64,000 nucleotides of DNA from contig JBMNHC010000001.1 in the NCBI GenBank assembly GCA_050950165.1, positions 529,073 to 593,072 on the forward strand, given 5' to 3'. The translations under genes were made by a program, and so were the position numbers. The stretch comes from Candidatus Dojkabacteria bacterium (lineage in GTDB: Bacteria > Patescibacteriota > Dojkabacteria > SC72). Below are positions 58,597 to 64,000 of this stretch, one piece after another; positions within the stretch are counted from its first letter, which is position 1, and each line of letters starts with the position of its first letter. The notes beneath the pieces are model-generated. The model saw only the letters and a program-made list of their open reading frames with translations, was not told the DNA's origin and did no database searches.

Positions 58597-61212
58597 ATGA
58601 ATACAGCAGAGCTGACTCCAATGATGAGTCAATATATGAAATTCAAGAAGCAATATCCAGATAAGATTGTTCTTTTTAGGATGGGAGATTTTTTTGAAAC
58701 TTTTGGAGAAGATGCAAAGATAGCGTCTAAGGTATTAAATATTACACTTACTGCTAGAGATAAGAGTACTAATGCTGTAGCACTTGCTGGTTTCCCTCAC
58801 AAAGCGATAGATCAGTATCTTCCTAAACTAATATCTGCAGGATACTGTGTAGTAATTGTAGATCAGTTAGAAGACCCTAAGTTAGCAAAAGGTATTGTAA
58901 AGAGAGGAGTGACACGAATTGTTACACCAGGAACACTAGATGGAGAGAGTGCTTCTTCTGTAAAGAATAACTACCTACTCTCTTTTGTGGTAGAGAAAAA
59001 ACAACTAGGTATTGCTCTCTGTGATATATCTACAGGAGAGTTTATTTGGATGGAAGAGATATATACAAAGAAAAATATAGATTCTGTCCTCTCTTCATAT
59101 GAACCAGTAGAGATATTACTACTAGAGAATGAGAAAGAGCTCATTTTCCCTACTCTACCAGTACAGTTTTTACCTAAGTCATTACAGAACAAGAGATATA
59201 GTGCTGAGAAAATAAAGGAATTTTTTGAGATAAAGAATTTAGATTCACTAGGGCTTAAAGATGAAAATGTTGCTACAAGCTGTATAGCTATGATTCTAGA
59301 ATATATTGAAGATACTCAATTAATGAATCCTAAGCATATAGTTAAGCCTAAAAGAGAATCTCTTTCAGGTAAGATGATATTGGATAGTGCTACGATAAGG
59401 AACTTGGAGTTAGTTAGTAGTGCATACCATAGTAATATTGAGGGTTCACTTTTTTCAGTAATAGATTATACCTCTACTCTGATGGGAAGAAGACTTCTTT
59501 ACTCTTGGATACTTAATCCTTTAATTAGCAAAAAGGAGATAGAGGAGAGAAGTAATATTGTAGAGTTGTTGTTTTCTAAAGCAGATATATTAGATTCATT
59601 AAGAGAGAATCTTTCTAATATTAATGATATAGAAAGGATTGTTGGTAAGATAGGTTTAAATAGGGTAAACGGTAGAGACCTTAAAGCCTTGCAGGTATCT
59701 CTAGAGCATATCTCTAAGCTAAAGGAAAATATTAAAGATATTGAAGTAGTATTTAATAGATTAGAACCATTTAATACCCTCTTAGAGAAGTTAGTTAAGC
59801 GAATAGATGAGTGTGTTGTAGAGATGCCTCCTACTTCTATTACTGAAGGTGGAGTTATTAAAAGTTCATACAATAGCGAAGTTAAAGAACTAAGGCAGTT
59901 AACAGGAGATAGTAAGGGATGGATAAAGGAGTTTGAAGAGAGTGAGAAGAGTAAAACAGGAATACCTTCTTTGAAGATAGGGTTTAACAAAGTATTTGGA
60001 TATTACATAGAGATAACAAGAGTTCACCAAGAGAAGGTACCTAGTAGATATATACGAAAACAGACATTGGTAAATTCAGAAAGATATATTACAGAGGAGT
60101 TAAAAGAGAAAGAGAATATTATCTTAACTGCTCAAGAGAGATTATCCGAATTAGAGTATAGGCTGTTTTGTGAGTTTAGAGAATCATTAATAGAGTATCT
60201 TGGCTTGTTGCAATCTCTTGCAAAAGAGATAGCTTCTTTGGATGTATTAGTTGGGTTTGCATATCTTGCATATACAAAGGAATATTCTAAACCTGTAATA
60301 CATGATATTGGAGAGAAGAAAGGTATTATAAAGATTGAGAAAGGAAGACATCCTATTGTAGAGAGTTTAGTAGAACAGGAGTTTATCTCCAATGATACAC
60401 TCTTAGACTTTGATAACTGCTCTATGGCTATTCTTACTGGACCTAATATGTCTGGGAAATCTACATATATACGACAGGTAGCTAGTATTGTACTACTTGC
60501 TCAGATAGGGTGTTTTGTGCCTGCTAAGAGTATGGAGCTTTCTTTGGTAGATAGGATATTTACTAGAGTTGGAGCATCAGATGATCTTGCTCGTGGAAGA
60601 AGTACATTTATGGTAGAGATGGATGAAGCTGCAAATATTGTTAATAATGCTACTAAGTACAGTCTAGTTGTTCTCGATGAAGTTGGAAGAGGAACTAGTA
60701 CATATGATGGTGTAAGTATTGCATGGGCATTGGCAGAGTATCTGTTAAATGATGTTAAGGCAAGAACACTATTTGCTACCCACTATCACGAACTACTTCG
60801 TCTTTCAGAAAGAGTATCTAGTAAGGTAAAGAACTACAATGTTTTGGTAGAAGAAGACATTGATGAAGGAACAGTCATATTTCTAAGAAAGATAGTAGAA
60901 GGAGGAACAGACAGAAGCTATGGAATATATGTTGCTAAGATGGCTGGATTACCAGAGAAGCTCATTAAGAGAGCCAATGAGATTTTAGAGGGGTTTGAAC
61001 AGGAGAAGATGTTTAGTCAGAAGAGTAACCTTAGAGATAGTCAGATATTGGAGAGTAAACAAGTAGAGAATAGAAATGATAGTACATACCAATATCCTCT
61101 CTTCTTAGCTAAAGATTCAGAGATAGAGAAGGAGATACAGGATATAGATTTAGATAATTTAACACCACTGGAGGCTCTAAACAAGATATCCCAGTGGAAG
61201 AAAAAAGTTTAA
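58597..61212 (+). CDS. mutS: DNA mismatch repair protein MutS
   Basis: 871 aa; N-terminal mismatch-binding MSQYMKFKKQYPDKIVLFRMGDFFETF, Walker A LTGPNMSGKST, DEVGRGTSTYDG, C-terminal HTH. Confidence 0.95.
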   Translation: MNTAELTPMMSQYMKFKKQYPDKIVLFRMGDFFETFGEDAKIASKVLNITLTARDKSTNAVALAGFPHKAIDQYLPKLISAGYCVVIVDQLEDPKLAKGIVKRGVTRIVTPGTLDGESASSVKNNYLLSFVVEKKQLGIALCDISTGEFIWMEEIYTKKNIDSVLSSYEPVEILLLENEKELIFPTLPVQFLPKSLQNKRYSAEKIKEFFEIKNLDSLGLKDENVATSCIAMILEYIEDTQLMNPKHIVKPKRESLSGKMILDSATIRNLELVSSAYHSNIEGSLFSVIDYTSTLMGRRLLYSWILNPLISKKEIEERSNIVELLFSKADILDSLRENLSNINDIERIVGKIGLNRVNGRDLKALQVSLEHISKLKENIKDIEVVFNRLEPFNTLLEKLVKRIDECVVEMPPTSITEGGVIKSSYNSEVKELRQLTGDSKGWIKEFEESEKSKTGIPSLKIGFNKVFGYYIEITRVHQEKVPSRYIRKQTLVNSERYITEELKEKENIILTAQERLSELEYRLFCEFRESLIEYLGLLQSLAKEIASLDVLVGFAYLAYTKEYSKPVIHDIGEKKGIIKIEKGRHPIVESLVEQEFISNDTLLDFDNCSMAILTGPNMSGKSTYIRQVASIVLLAQIGCFVPAKSMELSLVDRIFTRVGASDDLARGRSTFMVEMDEAANIVNNATKYSLVVLDEVGRGTSTYDGVSIAWALAEYLLNDVKARTLFATHYHELLRLSERVSSKVKNYNVLVEEDIDEGTVIFLRKIVEGGTDRSYGIYVAKMAGLPEKLIKRANEILEGFEQEKMFSQKSNLRDSQILESKQVENRNDSTYQYPLFLAKDSEIEKEIQDIDLDNLTPLEALNKISQWKKKV

Positions 61213-61568
61213 TCAATGTAGTATCCACTTCTATATTTACTCCTTATAACGGTATGCCCAGTTATATATTTAATCTTTCTTTTAAGTCTAGATACTAGCA
61301 TTCTAAGAGCATCTTTTGTAACGGTAAGGGAGAAATGGTAATTGAATTTCTCATGACAGCAGTAGTCACCACAACCTATTAAGTATCTCATTAATTTCGA
61401 TTCTAGATGTGTAAGGGGAACTCTCTTTCCCTCTATGTATAGTTCGTGTAAGTTTGTGTTTAGATATATCCCCCTTTTAGAAAGAATTTCTACTGTTTCT
61501 TTCTTCTCTCTATTTAAAAGCTTCTTTATCTTACACTTTAAACATAGAGTCACTATATCCGCTTCCAT
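61209..61568 (-). CDS. OmpR/PhoB-type winged-helix DNA-binding protein; open reading frame continues upstream to 61871 without an ATG and encodes a degenerate receiver-like region
   Basis: C-terminal LTHLESKLMRYL...HFSLTVTKDALRMLVSRLKRKI matches trans_reg_C; my manual translation of 61569..61871 (same frame, no stop) gives a receiver-like sequence (RIDILLLHIEGSS...LGIFDTRS...IGLDDYIMEA) with His in place of the phospho-Asp and no ATG/GTG/TTG. Confidence 0.55.
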   Translation of the reverse strand: MEADIVTLCLKCKIKKLLNREKKETVEILSKRGIYLNTNLHELYIEGKRVPLTHLESKLMRYLIGCGDYCCHEKFNYHFSLTVTKDALRMLVSRLKRKIKYITGHTVIRSKYRSGYYID

Positions 61569-61898
61569 AATGTAGTCATCTAACCCTATCTTTAAATATC
61601 TATCAATTAAAGTACTTCGAGTATCAAATATCCCGAGAGTTTGTATATCAGAGAAATGTTTCTTTATACATCTTAGAAATTTCAGAAATCTTGTACTACT
61701 TCCCTCTATATGAAGTAGTAAAATGTCTATTCTTTTTGTTCTGAGTAGAGCTAGTGTTTGTGCAATGGAATTGGTATGTAGGAATTTAATATCAGTTGGT
61801 AATCGTTCTGCTATTCTTCTTCTCCCAGAGATATTTTCTGCTAATAGAAGGAATTGCCGAATAAGGGTATCTTAATAAAGTAAACAGTAGGAAGTGTA

Positions 61899-63191
61899 TT
61901 AAAGCCTTTTAATTCTGTCTATGATATCTTCTTTCTTAATTTCAAAAGACTCTTTATTCTTCATATCTTTTAATTGTACAATACCTTTTTTAACTTCTTC
62001 TTCTCCAATAACTATTACCCAAGGTATACTCTTTCTGTCTGCATATTTAAGCTGTTTGCCAAGTTTATTAGGTATTGTTTGAACTAATGTATTAATATTG
62101 TTCTCTCTTAGATATGTTGCTATCTCTTTACTCTCCTTAAGTAAATCTTTACTCATTAAGGTTATATATACATCTATCTCACTACTATACTTTGGTAAAA
62201 GATTGTTTGCTCTTAAATACTCCATAGTTGTTTTATCTCCCCATCCTAGACCAAATGCTTCTATCTTTTCTTTGCCAAAAATCTCAAGAAGAGAATCATA
62301 TCTTCCTCCACCAAATAGTGCTCTAGGGTTTTCTTTACTTCCTATATCGTACATCTCTATAACTATACCAGTGTAGTAATCTAATCCTCTCATTACATAC
62401 GGTGCAAATTTTACTTCTTTCCTATCTTCAAACTCTTTTAATATCTCTAATATCTGTTTAGCTCCACTACACTTAGATTCAATTTTTTCTAAATCAGTTA
62501 TACTCCAGTTAATATACTGTAGTACTTTTTCTTGTTCTTGGTTATCTAACCCTATCTCTGCAAGATATTCTATAAAGTCTTTTTTTGACATCTTAAGATA
62601 GTTATCTATTGCTTTAGCAAGAGTACTCTTCTTATCTTCAGTAAGTAAGAGAATTTCATCTGTAAAGTAGTTAAATAGCTCTCTACTGTTTATTCTTAGT
62701 TCATATGTGTTTTCGGAAGCTCTAAGCTCTTTCATAACTTCAAGAACAAAGGTAATTATCTCAATCTCTGGCTCTATTGGAGGTAATCCTAAGAGATCAA
62801 TATTAAGTTGAAAGAATTCTCTAGTTCTACCTTTTTGGGGTTTCTCGTATCTAAAAAACTTTCCAATATTAAACCATCTTAGTGGAAATATTAATTCATT
62901 TCTCTTAGCAGTAACCATTCTAGCTAAAGATGGAGTCATCTCTGGTCTAAGAGCTACTTCTCTTCCTGCCTTATCTGTAAAATTAAAGAGCTGTTTATTA
63001 GCAATATCTTCTCCAGATTTAGCCTTGTAAATTTCTACATCCTCTATTGTTGGAGTATCGTATTCTTCGTATCCAAATTTTTTTGCAACCTTAGTCCAGA
63101 TATTAAAGAGATAGTTTCTCTCTTGTATATCCTGAGGATACATATCTATTGTTCCTTTGTAAGGTTGTGTTGATATCTTTTGATTATTCAT
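61899..63191 (-). CDS. hisS: histidine--tRNA ligase
   Basis: 430 aa; class II motifs (GTIDMYP, REVALRPEMTPSLARM, RWFNIGKFFRYEKPQKGRTREFFQLNIDLLG, GGGRYD) and C-terminal anticodon-binding domain. Confidence 0.95.
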   Translation of the reverse strand: MNNQKISTQPYKGTIDMYPQDIQERNYLFNIWTKVAKKFGYEEYDTPTIEDVEIYKAKSGEDIANKQLFNFTDKAGREVALRPEMTPSLARMVTAKRNELIFPLRWFNIGKFFRYEKPQKGRTREFFQLNIDLLGLPPIEPEIEIITFVLEVMKELRASENTYELRINSRELFNYFTDEILLLTEDKKSTLAKAIDNYLKMSKKDFIEYLAEIGLDNQEQEKVLQYINWSITDLEKIESKCSGAKQILEILKEFEDRKEVKFAPYVMRGLDYYTGIVIEMYDIGSKENPRALFGGGRYDSLLEIFGKEKIEAFGLGWGDKTTMEYLRANNLLPKYSSEIDVYITLMSKDLLKESKEIATYLRENNINTLVQTIPNKLGKQLKYADRKSIPWVIVIGEEEVKKGIVQLKDMKNKESFEIKKEDIIDRIKRL

Positions 63192-63322
63192 ACTCTCCCA
63201 TTATATATCATTCTCACTGTTGTGGTAAATATTTAAGTTTTTAAAAAGTGGTTGAATATTGTTTGTATATATAATATATTTAGATAGTAATATTACTCTA
63301 AATACTCTTAGTGAAATATACA

Positions 63323-64000
63323 ATGTCTATGTCTAAAAGAAGGACTCCTAGGCGAAGAAGTTTGAATAATCTTAACAGGATTAAGAAGTATAACAGTAGG
63401 AATATTAGAAGAAGAAGACCAAAGAGTGTTGGTGGGAGTTTTTTAAGTGGTAAGTTTGATAAAGCAAAGATGAAAAAGATTGCATATATTGCAGTAGGTA
63501 TTCTCTTTTTCATTGGGTGTATTGGTTTGATAGGGGCAGGTATATATCTTAAGAGTTTACAGAATTCTTTGCCTGCACCTGACAAATTAGTAGAGAGGAC
63601 ATCTGATCAGAGTACTCAGATTTTCGATAGGAATGGTCTTCTGCTTTATACAGTTTATGGTGATCAGAATAGAGAGTTTGTTTCTCTTGATAAGATACCG
63701 GAGCATACAAAATGGGCTCTTCTTGCTGCTGAGGATATAGAGTTTTATCAACATAAGGGGTTAGACTATTTAGGTATAGTTATGTCTGCAGTACAAAATC
63801 TAAAGTCTGGAAAGATTGTTAGGGGTGCTAGTACAGTTACTCAACAGTTAGTAAAAACAACTATTCTTTATGATGTCTTAGGTGATAAAGCATATGAACA
63901 GAAATATTCTAGAAAGATAAAGGAGATCCTTATCACGATGCAGGTGGAGCAGAGTTTTACTAAGGATGAGATTTTACAGATGTATATGAATGAGATTCCT
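63323..64000 (+). CDS. class A penicillin-binding protein (PBP1A-type), N-terminal transglycosylase part; 3' end beyond window
   Basis: open + strand frame from the ATG at 63323 to the window end; Arg-rich cytoplasmic tail, TM helix, GT51 motifs EDIEFYQHKGLD and GASTVTQQLVK; not in the ORF track because no stop lies in the window. Confidence 0.8.
   Translation, partial: MSMSKRRTPRRRSLNNLNRIKKYNSRNIRRRRPKSVGGSFLSGKFDKAKMKKIAYIAVGILFFIGCIGLIGAGIYLKSLQNSLPAPDKLVERTSDQSTQIFDRNGLLLYTVYGDQNREFVSLDKIPEHTKWALLAAEDIEFYQHKGLDYLGIVMSAVQNLKSGKIVRGASTVTQQLVKTTILYDVLGDKAYEQKYSRKIKEILITMQVEQSFTKDEILQMYMNEIP

Noticed and set aside
63298-63585. 95-aa minus-strand ORF from the track
   Set aside because: It lies antisense to a much better-supported plus-strand frame encoding a PBP1A transglycosylase N-terminus (63323 to window end). 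The low-complexity Leu/Phe composition is typical of a spurious antisense ORF.

Overview
This is a low-GC (roughly 30-35%), gene-dense bacterial window. The gene content is consistent with a small-genome, Gram-positive-like or CPR/Patescibacteria-type organism: short ribosomal and housekeeping genes, a FemAB homologue, sortases, and a type IV pilus locus. Recognisable housekeeping genes are gyrB and gyrA, pilB/pilT/pilC/pilD, two major pilins, four minor pilins, pilM/N/O, rpsP plus a KH protein, rnc, nusB, rpmF, a ClpC-like ATPase, dus, an SDR reductase, tRNA-Val(GAC), clpP, tig, mutS, hisS, and a PBP1A start running off the window end.

The accessory content is richer. A 1545-aa protein (8673..13310) consists of an N-terminal domain followed by about 36 near-identical 27/28-aa tandem repeats with defined hypervariable positions. 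It contains a 509-bp perfect internal direct repeat. Inside the pilus locus, between the minor pilins and pilMNO, sit two paralogous giant cysteine-rich proteins (869 and 1163 aa) and a CheY-like receiver. There are two sortase-plus-substrate pairs; one is clustered with a VanY-type D,D-carboxypeptidase and has a roughly 50-aa mini-substrate. A GT4 glycosyltransferase and two large polytopic membrane proteins form an envelope glycosylation cluster.

Other oddities are a GC-rich (about 52%) ORF at the window start, a membrane-anchored ClpC-like ATPase with no clpX next to clpP, a PEP-synthase-like protein whose phospho-His is replaced by Asp, and an OmpR-type winged-helix regulator whose receiver-like upstream region is degenerate and has no ATG. 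No CRISPR array, rRNA, transposase or integrase was seen.
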